DNA from: a bacterium | GTDB lineage: Bacteria; JADJOY01 | Length of the DNA stretch: 64,000 nucleotides | Assembly (NCBI GenBank): GCA_046331705.1 | Contig: JAXLQJ010000020.1 | Location: 1-64,000, forward strand | Direction: 5' to 3' | Shown: piece after piece, positions 21,043 through 30,973 of the stretch | Position numbering within the stretch: the first letter of the stretch is position 1 | How the letters are laid out: each line of letters starts with the position of its first letter | Program-made: the position numbers and the translations under genes | The notes under the pieces: model-generated | The model's database searches: none | What the model was told of the DNA's origin: nothing | What the model saw: the letters and a program-made list of their open reading frames with translations, nothing else

Positions 21043-22584
21043 TCACCGCGGCGACCTCGCGCCGCCTGCGCAGCGCCGGCGAAGGCGCCGCGCGAGTGCG
21101 AGCGTGAACGCGCTGAGCCAGGGCGTCACCTCGGCGCCGCGCGAGCGCGTGCCGCCGCCGATCGTGCCGCAGCCGCCGCCCGTCGGCGGTCCGGGCCGGA
21201 GCCCGGTGTCCACCACCGTCACCCGATCGAGGCTCACCTCGGCGACGTCCGTGAAGTACGTGCGCAGCTCGATCTCGTGGGTGGTGAGCGGCGTGAACTG
21301 CACCGCCACGTCGATCCAGCTCCCCGCGCCGGGGAACTCGGAGGCGAGCACATCGTGCTGAACCAGCACGTTCGCGCGGCTGGCATCGTGCACGTCGACT
21401 CGCGCGACCTTCGCCGTGCCTCCCGCCACCGACGACCGCAACCGGAAGCGCGCCTCGAGCACCAGCCCGCCGGGCAGCCCGGTCGTGTACGGGCCGAACG
21501 CGAGGTAGCCCTGCGGATCGAGCGCGGGGGTCGCCGTCCACGCCGAGCCGTCCGCGTGGCCGACCTGGTGTTGGAGCTCGCTCTCACCCTCCCAGGTGAC
21601 GCCGCCCGCGGGCAGCGCGGCGCGGCCGCCATCCGGGCGCAGCGCGATGAGATCGGCGTAGGCGTGATAGCTCTCCTTGGGGCTCAGGTCGCTGCGCAGG
21701 ATCCCCCACTTCGAGGCGATCGAGGGATCGTCCATCAGCTCGTAGAAGAACGTGCGCTGCCACCACGGGCGCGCGTTCATGCCGTCGAGGAGCTCGAGGT
21801 AGAAGTCGGCCTGATCGGGCTCGCCGACCTCGTTCGAGGTCCAGCCGGTCTCGGTGAGCCAGAACGGCTTCGCGCCGCCGCCGTTGGCGTCGAGGATCTT
21901 CTTCACGCTCACGACGTTGAGCGGCCCGTCCAGCGCATCGAGGGTGCCGTAAGCGTCGTCCGAGTACTGGTGATGGGTGACGACGTCGAGGACGCCGCCC
22001 GCCTGTTGCAGCACGTCGCGCAGCCACTGATCCCATTTGCCCGAGTTGAGGTGGGCGAGATCGGGTCCGCAGACCTTCCCCGTGGGGTCCGCGGCCTTCA
22101 CCGCGGCCGCGCCGTTGACGAGAATGTCCTGGATGTACTGGGTGCGCGTGCCGCTCCAGAAGTCGCCCAGGTTCGGCTCGTTCCACAGGCCCCAGTAGTG
22201 GATCGAGCCCTTGTAGCGGCTGACGATGCGGAACACCGCGTCGTACCAATCGCCGGGGTTCGAGGGCGGGACGTTGCCGCCCTGCCCGCCGTTGGCCCAC
22301 GCCGGCGTGTACGCGATGGTCGCGTAGATCTGGATGCCGCGGGCGTTCGCCTGGGCCACGAGATCGTCGAAGATCGCCCAATCGAACTGGTCCTGGGCGG
22401 GCTCCAGCATCAGCCAGTTGAAATCGCAACGGATCCAGCCGATCCCGGCCGCGGCTGCGCGATCGAGGCGTGCCGTGTCGGGAATGTGGGCATTGATGCC
22501 GTAGGGCGCCGCGCTCGAGGCGCGCGCGCCAGAGAGCACGATCGAGAGCACGAGCGCCATCCGAGCCACGAAGCCGAAACGCAT
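21043..22584 (-). CDS. Secreted clan GH-A glycoside hydrolase (GH39/GH5-like) with a MYXO-CTERM-like tail
   Basis: Signal peptide, WNEPN acid/base and WLTETGW nucleophile. C-terminus GGGCG...WLSAFTLALARRLRRR. Confidence 0.8.
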   Translation of the reverse strand: MRFGFVARMALVLSIVLSGARASSAAPYGINAHIPDTARLDRAAAAGIGWIRCDFNWLMLEPAQDQFDWAIFDDLVAQANARGIQIYATIAYTPAWANGGQGGNVPPSNPGDWYDAVFRIVSRYKGSIHYWGLWNEPNLGDFWSGTRTQYIQDILVNGAAAVKAADPTGKVCGPDLAHLNSGKWDQWLRDVLQQAGGVLDVVTHHQYSDDAYGTLDALDGPLNVVSVKKILDANGGGAKPFWLTETGWTSNEVGEPDQADFYLELLDGMNARPWWQRTFFYELMDDPSIASKWGILRSDLSPKESYHAYADLIALRPDGGRAALPAGGVTWEGESELQHQVGHADGSAWTATPALDPQGYLAFGPYTTGLPGGLVLEARFRLRSSVAGGTAKVARVDVHDASRANVLVQHDVLASEFPGAGSWIDVAVQFTPLTTHEIELRTYFTDVAEVSLDRVTVVDTGLRPGPPTGGGCGTIGGGTRSRGAEVTPWLSAFTLALARRLRRRCAGGARSPR

Positions 22585-22645
22585 GGCCGCTCCTCCGTCG
22601 CGAGCGATCGAGTCGGTCGATGCTACGAAGCGCTGCGCGGCGGGG

Positions 22646-24007
22646 TCAATCGCGCTGGTCAGCGCGCTGGCCAGCGACGGCGCGATGGCCGCGAATCAGC
22701 TCGGCGTAGCGTCCGCCGAGGTACGCGGGGCCGAGCTGGCCGTCGGTGTGCATCCACTCGCACGGGAACATCCGGCGGCGGCGCTCGTGATCGAGCTCGT
22801 TCACCCACGCCTCGAGGTCGGCGAGCACGAGGCCCTCGGAGGCCGCGAAGCGCCGCACCCCCGGGTTGTGGACGATCGTGACGTAGCGGAACCAGTCGTT
22901 CGACGTGAACGCAAGCCCGCCACAACCCGTGACGTCCGGCGTGGGCACCCGCCAGTCCGCGAAATCGTACGGTGTGGTGGAGACCACGATGGTGCGGATG
23001 CCGCGGGCGCGGGCCTGGCTCACGATGCGCGCGTAGCTCGCCTCGGTGTGGCGCCAGCCGGCCTCGAAGTCGTCGAGCACCGACGGCGAGCCGAGTGGCT
23101 CGCTCGCCGGATCGCGCCGGTTGGCGTCGCAATCGATCCACTCGCCGAGCCGCGCTCGGTCGCGGTCGCGCTCGCCGAGGAGCGCGGCGCGGGTCACGTC
23201 CACCCAGCGTTCGCGAGCGGCGCGTTCGCGCTGCTCGACCAGGAACGCACGATGTCGCTCGAACCAAGGGCCGAGCGCGGCCACGGCGTCGAGCGTCGTC
23301 TCCGCGTCGCCGCGCAGGTACGACTCGACGACCTGCTGCGCGCTCGCGCCATCGCCCGCGCGCGAGCCGCGCAACGCCGCGCAGCCGAAGAGGTCGTTGA
23401 CCTCCTCACCGAGGACGAGGATGTCGACGTCGGCGTAGTTGCGGCCGAAGTTCCGCAGCCACGCTTCACTGGCGCGCGAGTCGTAGCCGGCCAGCGCGCC
23501 GTTGATGACCTCGAAGCGCTCGCCGCGCTCGGCCTCGCCCCCCGGCGACCCGAGCGCGCGCTCGAGCTGGATCGGCCAATTGCTCACGAGCTCGGGCCCG
23601 ACCATCCCGGCGCTCGTGGAGCCGCCCAGCACCAGGATGCGCAACGTGTCGGCCGGCTTCGCGGCCGGGTAGTCGCCGCGCCCGGGAGGCAACAGCGCGC
23701 CGCCCTCGCCGATGCGAATCTGGCCGTCGACGCAGCCGGGAATCCAGCACTTGTAGAGCGACACCTTGCACACGCCGCGGACGTCGCGAAGCTCGGCCCC
23801 ACTCGCCCCCGCCTCAAGCACGCAGTGCGAGCCCGTGAACACGGGGCGGACCGCCGACGCTCGCACCTCCGGTGCATGGGCCGAGCGCTGGGAAGCCGCC
23901 GAGCGGATGGCGGCGCGAATCGCGCGCGGCACCCCGAGCGCAGCCATCGCGCACACCACCGCGCTCGCGACCAGCGCGCCGTAGAGCGCCTTCCGCCACA
24001 CCCCCAA
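22646..24007 (-). CDS. SGNH/GDSL-like hydrolase or acyltransferase with an N-terminal membrane anchor
   Basis: ILVLGGSTS (block I), VINGALAGY (block II), EVND (block III) and EWMH (block V). Confidence 0.65.
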   Translation of the reverse strand: MGVWRKALYGALVASAVVCAMAALGVPRAIRAAIRSAASQRSAHAPEVRASAVRPVFTGSHCVLEAGASGAELRDVRGVCKVSLYKCWIPGCVDGQIRIGEGGALLPPGRGDYPAAKPADTLRILVLGGSTSAGMVGPELVSNWPIQLERALGSPGGEAERGERFEVINGALAGYDSRASEAWLRNFGRNYADVDILVLGEEVNDLFGCAALRGSRAGDGASAQQVVESYLRGDAETTLDAVAALGPWFERHRAFLVEQRERAARERWVDVTRAALLGERDRDRARLGEWIDCDANRRDPASEPLGSPSVLDDFEAGWRHTEASYARIVSQARARGIRTIVVSTTPYDFADWRVPTPDVTGCGGLAFTSNDWFRYVTIVHNPGVRRFAASEGLVLADLEAWVNELDHERRRRMFPCEWMHTDGQLGPAYLGGRYAELIRGHRAVAGQRADQRD

Positions 24008-26320
24008 CTAGTCGGCTCGCGGCGGCGGCGGATCGCCGTTGGTGGCCCACGCGGAGGGCGTGGGGCCCATCTCCAGGATCAGCGTGCCGCCGGCGGCGAG
24101 CTCGTCGTGGGTGATCCACGCGCGGTCGAGATCCGCGCCGTCGAGGGTCGCGCGCTGGACGTAGGCCTGGGTCGCCGACACGCCGGGCGCTTCGATCACG
24201 AACGAGCGTCCGCCGCGTGCGCCAGCGCCGCCAACGCGGACCTCGGCGCGCTCGAAGCTGGGACTACCGAGCACGTAGACCGGCTCGCCCGGCGTGACGG
24301 GATAGAGCCCGAGCAGCGAGAAGGCGAGCCACGCGGAGGTCGCCCCGGCATCGTCGTTGCCGGGCAGCCCATCGGGAGCGGACGCGAACGAACGCGCGAC
24401 GAGCGAGCGCACGCGCTCCGCCGTTCGCGCCGGAGCTCCCGCATAGGCGTAGAGATACGGCGCGTGGAAATCCGGCTCGTTCGATGCGTCGTAGTGACCC
24501 TCGTCGAAGAACGCGTCGAGCTTGGTCGTGAACGCCGCCGCGCCTCCCATCAACTCGATCAAGCCGGGAACATCGTGGGGCACGAACCAGGTGTAGATCC
24601 AGGCGTTGGCCTCGGTGAAGCCCCAGGTGGCGGTGGGATCGAAGGGCTCGAGCCACGCCCCCCAGCCGAAGCGCGCCTGCATCGACTGGTTCGCCGGGTT
24701 CCACTGGTTGCGGTAGCTCTGGGCGCGCCGTGCGAAGCGTTGCGCGTCGTCGGCGTGCCCGAGCTCGCTGGCGAGCTCGGAGAGGCACCAATCGTCGTAC
24801 GCGTATTCGAGGGTCATCGACGCGGCTTGCGTCACGTCGCATTCGAGCCCCACGAAGCCACGCTCCACGTAGCTCGGCGGCGTACCGCGCTCGAAGTAGC
24901 CGCAGCCCAGGATCGGGACCGTGTTCTCGTCGCCGTCGGCGCTCTTCTTGGCGGCGTCGAACAGGGTCTCGACGTCGAAGTCACGAAAGCCCTTTCGCCA
25001 CGCGTCGAGCCCCATGCACACCTGGTGGTTGCCGATCATGACCCGTGAGTCGCCGGTGGCGCGCCAGCTGCACTTGGGCAGCCAGCCCGACTGCTCGTAC
25101 CAGTCGACGTACGACTGGACCACGTCGTCGCGGCGCTCGGGCTCGACGAGCGTCTGCAACGGATGCGTGGTGCGAAACGTGTCCCAGAGGCACCAGTCGT
25201 CGGAGTAGAAGGCCGCGCCGCGGCGCGCCGCGACCACCTGGCCGACGCCGTCGGCGCCGCTCCAGTAGCGATCGCCTTCCGTGAAATCCACCGGCTGAAG
25301 CAGCGAATGGTACAGCGCGGTGTAGAGCTGGACGCGCTGATCGTCGGTGCCGCCCGCCACGGCGACGCGCGCGAGCACCTCGTTCCAGGTCGCGCGGGCG
25401 GACGCACGCAGCGCGTCGAACGAGAGGCGACCCGCGCCCTCCTCCAGGTTCCGGCGCGCTTGCTCGACGTCGATCGCCGAGACACCCACGCGCAGCTCGA
25501 TGGCCTGCCCCTCGGCGGTGGCGAAGTCGAGGTACGCGCCGATGTCGTTGCCCTCCGCGCGCGACACCCCGGGATTGCCGCGCCCCCCGCGGAAGGTGCC
25601 CGACGCCCGCGACGGCGTATCGAAGACGGCGTGGAAGTAGAGCGGGCTGAGCCCGGTGTCGCCGGGCGCGGCGCCCGTGAAGACCGCCACCAGCGGGTTC
25701 ATCTGATAGAGCCCGAATCCACGCACCGTGTGGTCGTCGACCACCTCGACCCAGCCGCCCACGGCGAGCCCGCGGTTGTGGCTCACGTCCACCAGCACCC
25801 GGGACCGGTCGCTGGCGGGAAACGTGTAGCGGTGGACGCCGACGCGCGCCGTCGCCGTCAGCTCCGCGCGCACGCCGTAGTCGTCGAGCGTGACCGCGTA
25901 ATAGCCGGGCTCGGCGGTCTCGCTCGCGTGCGAGAAGCGCGACGCATACTCGGCCTCGGTGAAGCCGGGATCGCCCACCACCGGCATCACCAGCAACTGG
26001 CTGTAGCCGTTGTAGCTGCCGCCAGGCCCCTCGAGGTGGGTATGACTGAAGCCCTCGATGCGATCGTTCGCGTACTCGTACGCGTCGATGTCGCCAGCGC
26101 CGGCGTTGGTGTCGGGCGAGAGCTTCACGAATCCGTGCGGCAGGCTCGGACCCGGGATCGCGTTGCCCGCGCCCAGCGTGCCGATGAACGGGTCCACGAA
26201 GCGGGCGACGTCCTCGACGGGTGCCTCGCTCCGCGACGAGCCACCGCATCCGGCGAGCAGCGCCGCGAGCGTTGCCGAGACGACGTTCCGCGCCGCGCGC
26301 CGGATCGCGGATCGCGACAT
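24008..26320 (-). CDS. GH92 alpha-1,2-mannosidase family lipoprotein
   Basis: VDPFIGT, PGYY, WCLWDTFRT, TLEYAYDD, FTEANAW, NEPDFH and GNDDAG motifs; lipobox LLAGC. Confidence 0.93.
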   Translation of the reverse strand: MSRSAIRRAARNVVSATLAALLAGCGGSSRSEAPVEDVARFVDPFIGTLGAGNAIPGPSLPHGFVKLSPDTNAGAGDIDAYEYANDRIEGFSHTHLEGPGGSYNGYSQLLVMPVVGDPGFTEAEYASRFSHASETAEPGYYAVTLDDYGVRAELTATARVGVHRYTFPASDRSRVLVDVSHNRGLAVGGWVEVVDDHTVRGFGLYQMNPLVAVFTGAAPGDTGLSPLYFHAVFDTPSRASGTFRGGRGNPGVSRAEGNDIGAYLDFATAEGQAIELRVGVSAIDVEQARRNLEEGAGRLSFDALRASARATWNEVLARVAVAGGTDDQRVQLYTALYHSLLQPVDFTEGDRYWSGADGVGQVVAARRGAAFYSDDWCLWDTFRTTHPLQTLVEPERRDDVVQSYVDWYEQSGWLPKCSWRATGDSRVMIGNHQVCMGLDAWRKGFRDFDVETLFDAAKKSADGDENTVPILGCGYFERGTPPSYVERGFVGLECDVTQAASMTLEYAYDDWCLSELASELGHADDAQRFARRAQSYRNQWNPANQSMQARFGWGAWLEPFDPTATWGFTEANAWIYTWFVPHDVPGLIELMGGAAAFTTKLDAFFDEGHYDASNEPDFHAPYLYAYAGAPARTAERVRSLVARSFASAPDGLPGNDDAGATSAWLAFSLLGLYPVTPGEPVYVLGSPSFERAEVRVGGAGARGGRSFVIEAPGVSATQAYVQRATLDGADLDRAWITHDELAAGGTLILEMGPTPSAWATNGDPPPPRAD

Positions 26321-27852
26321 CACGGAGCTCCCGGGGCGGCCGGTGCGTCGAGCCGCGCGAGCAGCTCGGCCGCCGCGGCGTGGCGATTGGTGCGCTCGTA
26401 GACCTCGGCGAGTCGCAGCAGCGCGCGCCGGGTACGGGGATTGCGCAATCCCTGGGACGCCTCGATCTCGCGCAAGCTCGCCAGCGCGAACGCCTCCGCC
26501 TCGTCCATGTACCCCCGCTCGCGATCGCAGTCCGCGAGCAAGCCCAAGGTCTCGGCGGTTCGCCAGCTCCCCGCGGCCACCTGGCGCTCGGTCTCGAGCG
26601 CCGCGCGTATCAGCGGCTCCGCCTCGCTGGCACGACCGAGCGCCACCAGCGCCTCGCCCACCGCCGCTTGCGCGAGCGCGCGATCGGGGTGATCGGACGG
26701 GAGCGAGCGCTCGGCGATCGCCAGCGCCGTGCGCGCGGTGGCTTCGGCGCGCTTGGGCTGCACCGACGCGAGCTCGATTCGCGCCGCGAGGACGTGCGCC
26801 GGGATGCTGCCGACCTCGTCGAGCGCGCCCGCGCTTCCCCAGACCTCGAGCGCTCGCTCGAGGAGCGGCCGCGCCACCTCCGCGCCGCGCTTCGCGAGCT
26901 CGAGATCCGCGAGCTTCACCAGGGCCCAGGCCATCTCGCCGTGCGCGCCGCCGGGAAAGACGGCGAGCGCATCGATCGCCTGCTGGAAATACGAGCTGGC
27001 GGAGGTGAGATCGCCGCGATCGTCCTCGAGCATCCCCAGCTCGCCCAGGATCCCGGGGACCGCGGGGTGATCGACGCCCTGGTGCTTGCGCAGCCCCGCG
27101 AGCGCGGCCTTGAGCAGCCGTTCCGCGTCGTCGAGATCGTTGCGGCGCTTGCGCGTGAGCCCCAGCTCGGCGGTGGCGAGCCAGCGCGCCTCGTCCTCGG
27201 GAAACGCCGCGTCGAGGATCGCGAGCGCCTCGCGCAGCTGCTTCTCGGCGACCCGCACGTCGCCGGTCTCGGCCTCGAACGCCGCCAGATCCGCGAGCGT
27301 GACCGCATGCGCTCGCGAGTCGGCGCCGTCGGTCGCACGGGCCAGCTCCACCGCACGCGTGAGCTCGCGGCGTGCCGCGTCGCCGAGCCCGAGCGCGCGA
27401 TAGGCGTTGCCGAGCACGCGGCGGGCGCGACGCTCGGCGCGCGGATCGTTGCCGAGCGAATCCGAGAGACGCGCGTTCGTCGCGTCGAGCCGAGCAGCCA
27501 GCTCGCCGCTCGCGCTGGTCTCGGCCGCGTGGCGGAACACGCCGGCTCCGTCGGCACGAAGCAGGGCCTCGAAGAAATCGAGCAGACGCTCCTTGGTAGC
27601 CAGCGCGCTCGCATCGAGCCGGGCGCGCTGGACGGTGCCGCCCCACGCTCCCAGCGCTGCGGCGACCAGCGCGACCAGCGCCACGACGAGCGCGGGTCTG
27701 CGGCGGGCGAACGAGCGAACCCGATCACGTACCCCGCCGCCGACCTCGATGACGTCGCTGCCGCCGCCGGAGTCCTCGACGATGACGTCGAGGATCTCGG
27801 CGTCGATCACCTCGGGCTCCCGGGGCTCCTGCCAGCGACGCGCGCCGCTCAC
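26320..27852 (-). CDS. Membrane-anchored tetratricopeptide repeat protein
   Basis: One TM segment followed by TPR_12-like repeats (GVDHPAV, LPSDHPD, GLRNPRT). Confidence 0.75.
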   Translation of the reverse strand: MSGARRWQEPREPEVIDAEILDVIVEDSGGGSDVIEVGGGVRDRVRSFARRRPALVVALVALVAAALGAWGGTVQRARLDASALATKERLLDFFEALLRADGAGVFRHAAETSASGELAARLDATNARLSDSLGNDPRAERRARRVLGNAYRALGLGDAARRELTRAVELARATDGADSRAHAVTLADLAAFEAETGDVRVAEKQLREALAILDAAFPEDEARWLATAELGLTRKRRNDLDDAERLLKAALAGLRKHQGVDHPAVPGILGELGMLEDDRGDLTSASSYFQQAIDALAVFPGGAHGEMAWALVKLADLELAKRGAEVARPLLERALEVWGSAGALDEVGSIPAHVLAARIELASVQPKRAEATARTALAIAERSLPSDHPDRALAQAAVGEALVALGRASEAEPLIRAALETERQVAAGSWRTAETLGLLADCDRERGYMDEAEAFALASLREIEASQGLRNPRTRRALLRLAEVYERTNRHAAAAELLARLDAPAAPGAP

Positions 27853-28886
27853 CGCCGATACACGTCGGCGGCGACCACGGCATTGCCGAGCGCGCCCAGG
27901 AGCTGGCCCGGCCCGCCCGCCGCCGGCACCGTCACGTACGCGATCTTCGGCGTAGCCGGGTCGGTGGAGACGTCGATCACCACCAGCACGCGCGCATCGC
28001 CCTCCAGCAGCACCGCGTACTGCACCACGCCTTTCGCGAGCTCGACGCTCTTGGCGACGGTACCGTCCGCGGCGAGCGTGAGTGTCGCCAGCGAACGGAC
28101 GATCCGGCCGCCGGCGTCGAGCTCCACGTCGCGCGCGACGACCGCCGTGTTTCCCGAGCGCGCGATGCCCTGGATCTCACCGGGGATGCCGCCGGCGACG
28201 TCCGTCACCACGCCCGTGCCGAGGGCGAGCTGGCGGATCGCGCTGACCGGGACATCGAGCGGCCCGTCGCTCGTGGGCGTGGCCTTCGACCACAGCACCG
28301 CTTGGCCATCGCTGGCGAAGCGCAGCTCGCCGCCCGGTCCGCCCAGCTCGGCGCCCTCGGTGAGCCGATTCACGGTGTTCGCGGCGAGGTCCGTCACGAA
28401 CGCATCCACGCCCGTGGCGGCGGGGAGCGTGCTCATCGCGTACACGAGCTTGCTGCCGTCGGCGGACCAATCGGGGCGGCTCAGGATGATCTGCGTGTCG
28501 ACGCTCGCCACCGTCGCGTTCCCGCCGTCCTCGTCGACGATCACGATCTCCGATTGATCGAAGGCGAGCGTCACCACCACGGCGAGACGCCGGCCGTCGG
28601 GGCTCCACCGCAGCGGTCCCATCGCCAGGATCGTGTCGTCGCGCACCTCGAGGTCCGCGCCGTTGCCGGCGATCGGGTTGGCCGCGCCATCGAAGTGGAT
28701 GCGGCGACGGCCGGCGCCGTTGCCGCTTTGCACGAAGAGCGCGGGCTCGCTGCCCTGGTATTCGACCTCGGCCACCTTCGCGGTGGGATCGCCGATGCCA
28801 CCGCCGTCGTTCGCGCCACCGCCATCGCCACCGCAGCCGGCCAGGGCCAGCAACGCGCACATCGTCGCCACCACCACGTCGCGCAT
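27849..28886 (-). CDS. TolB-like beta-propeller lipoprotein
   Basis: Lipobox ALAGC; PD40-like WSPDGRRLA, WSADGSKLVY and FASDGQAV. Confidence 0.7.
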   Translation of the reverse strand: MRDVVVATMCALLALAGCGGDGGGANDGGGIGDPTAKVAEVEYQGSEPALFVQSGNGAGRRRIHFDGAANPIAGNGADLEVRDDTILAMGPLRWSPDGRRLAVVVTLAFDQSEIVIVDEDGGNATVASVDTQIILSRPDWSADGSKLVYAMSTLPAATGVDAFVTDLAANTVNRLTEGAELGGPGGELRFASDGQAVLWSKATPTSDGPLDVPVSAIRQLALGTGVVTDVAGGIPGEIQGIARSGNTAVVARDVELDAGGRIVRSLATLTLAADGTVAKSVELAKGVVQYAVLLEGDARVLVVIDVSTDPATPKIAYVTVPAAGGPGQLLGALGNAVVAADVYRR

Positions 28887-28896
28887 GAGCCTCCCC

Positions 28897-29850
28897 TCAG
28901 AACAGATCGCCGAAGGTGGCGAGATAGCGGTCGAGGTGCCCGATCTCGCGCTGCGCCATCCAGCTACCGATGAGGGCGATCCGCAGCCCCGAAGCGAAGG
29001 CGACCGAGAGCGCATCGCCGTTGAGACCCGGAATCCGCATGCGGACCCGTTCGACCCCGAGCTCGCGCGCCATCGCCAGCGCCGACCAGACGAGCCCTGC
29101 GGCGTGGCGCGGGTCGCGGACCGCCCCGGGACCGATGCTGCCGTGGCCATCGATCGAAACGTAACCCACCGGCCGTCCGCGGTGCTGGGCGGCGAACGCG
29201 CGGGTCCCGGGCTGGACGAGCTCGAAGCGCTGATCCGCGTCGCGACGGCAGCCACGCACGAACCGATCGAGGCGGCCGATCGAATCGAGGGTCCGCGCCG
29301 AGGCCACGCCTGGATCGTCGAACGGCACCAGCTCGAGGGCGAGCGGCGGCCGCGCGCACGGCTCGGGCACGCCGCCGATCACGTACACCTGGGTCCGCGG
29401 CAGCATGCCGAGATCCAGGTAGAGCCGCTGTGCCCGCGGGTCGAGAGAGGCGTAGACACAGCGCACCGCGCGCGGCGGGGCGGCGGGCTCGTCGAACGCG
29501 CGCCGCACCAGCTCACGGCCCAGACCGCTCTCCTGGAATCCCGGCAACGCCCAGAACATCGACAGGAAATGAACGCGCTCGCGCAGGATCGTGCTGGCGA
29601 ACGCCACCACGCGCCCGCCGCGAGTGAGCACGTGGAAGCCCGCGGGGTCGGTGCGCAGCAGATGAGCGAGACGCCGCTCGACGATCCGCGCGTCCGGCGA
29701 CGACGGCGTCTGCCCGAGCCGGCTCGAGAGCTCGAGCGACGAGCGCGAGAACACCCGCGCGCACGCCGCCAGGTCGCTCGCGCGCGCGCGGCGGATCTCC
29801 GCGGTCGCTCGCCTTCGCGGCGTGCGCGCGACCACGGCGCGAGCGATCAC
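28897..29850 (-). CDS. GNAT family acetyltransferase (tandem GNAT)
   Basis: IRRARASDL, PGFQESGLGREL acetyl-CoA loop, AQRLYLDLG, and a second domain with IGPGAVRDP. Confidence 0.8.
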   Translation of the reverse strand: MIARAVVARTPRRRATAEIRRARASDLAACARVFSRSSLELSSRLGQTPSSPDARIVERRLAHLLRTDPAGFHVLTRGGRVVAFASTILRERVHFLSMFWALPGFQESGLGRELVRRAFDEPAAPPRAVRCVYASLDPRAQRLYLDLGMLPRTQVYVIGGVPEPCARPPLALELVPFDDPGVASARTLDSIGRLDRFVRGCRRDADQRFELVQPGTRAFAAQHRGRPVGYVSIDGHGSIGPGAVRDPRHAAGLVWSALAMARELGVERVRMRIPGLNGDALSVAFASGLRIALIGSWMAQREIGHLDRYLATFGDLF

Positions 29851-29857
29851 GACCGTC

Positions 29858-30895
29858 TCACCCGCCCGCGGCGGCGACGCCGCCGTAGCGATGGAGAAGC
29901 AAGGCCTTGAGCAAGAGCGTGTCTGCGGCCGCGTGCGCCTCCGTGAGCATGAGGCCACGCGCCTCGGCGTAGGGGTGGAAGCCGCCGCCGAAGGTGAACA
30001 TCGGCAGCACGTCGTGGGTGCTGCCATCGCCGGGACCGAAGGCGCGGCGCAGCCGGCTGATGGCGCGACCGTACTCGGAGAAGGGATCGCGGTAGGTGTC
30101 GGCGAGCCGCCCCTTGGGGTCGATGCCCCACAGGTCGCGCTTGTTGACGACGGTGACGAACGAACGAATCCGGGTGGTCATGACGTCGTCGTCGGTGATG
30201 CTCTCGCGTCCCAACGCGAGCTTGCGCCGCTGCTTCACGAAGTCCATGAACTCGTGGATGTGCTGCGCTTCCTCCTTGCGGCAGGCGCGCAGATAGTCCT
30301 CGAGCTTGTCGATCACGACGGTCGAGTTGGGACGCCGGAAGGTGCCTTCGAGATCGCGATCGGCCGTGGCGAGGAAGCCGCCGGCCACGGTGATCACCAC
30401 GACCTGCGGCGGCGTGTCCAGGAAGACCTGCGCCAGCCGCTCCCAGCCGTCGCGGCTCTGGATCTGCGTCCCCGGCACGGTGAGCACGGGCAGGATCTTG
30501 CCGCGCGCCACCGTTCGCGAGCGCTCGAGGTGGATCGACGAGCGCGGGCGCTCGCGCGGCGACCAGTGCACCGCGCGATCCACGCGCAGCGACGTGGCGT
30601 CGCGCAGGCGATCGGCGATGACCGTCTTCCCCGCTCCCGAGGGGCCGAGCACGGCGATGCCGCGCGTCTGCCGACCGAAGAGATTCAAGAACGGCTTCTT
30701 GGCGCGGTTCACTTCCTTGAGCGCCGCGAGCAAGGCCTTCTCGGCGTCGCCGAGCTTCACGGTGCAGCCGGCCTTCGCCGGATCGGCGAGGAGCTCGTCG
30801 ATCGCTTCCTCGATCGAGGTCGCGCCGCGATCGGTGCCGAAGCGCTGGATCTTCTGCGCGAGCCACTTCTGGAGAAAAACCAGCAGCGCGTCCAT
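29858..30895 (-). CDS. P-loop GTPase-like protein of unknown family
   Basis: GPSGAGKT (G1), LTVPG (G3-like) and VVNKRD (G4). Confidence 0.65.
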   Translation of the reverse strand: MDALLVFLQKWLAQKIQRFGTDRGATSIEEAIDELLADPAKAGCTVKLGDAEKALLAALKEVNRAKKPFLNLFGRQTRGIAVLGPSGAGKTVIADRLRDATSLRVDRAVHWSPRERPRSSIHLERSRTVARGKILPVLTVPGTQIQSRDGWERLAQVFLDTPPQVVVITVAGGFLATADRDLEGTFRRPNSTVVIDKLEDYLRACRKEEAQHIHEFMDFVKQRRKLALGRESITDDDVMTTRIRSFVTVVNKRDLWGIDPKGRLADTYRDPFSEYGRAISRLRRAFGPGDGSTHDVLPMFTFGGGFHPYAEARGLMLTEAHAAADTLLLKALLLHRYGGVAAAGG

Positions 30896-30973
30896 CGGAA
30901 GGATCCTCGTGGGTTCGAGAGGGCGCGCGGGTCGAAGCCCGCGACGGCCGCGAAGCGGGCGCGCGGCGCGCAG

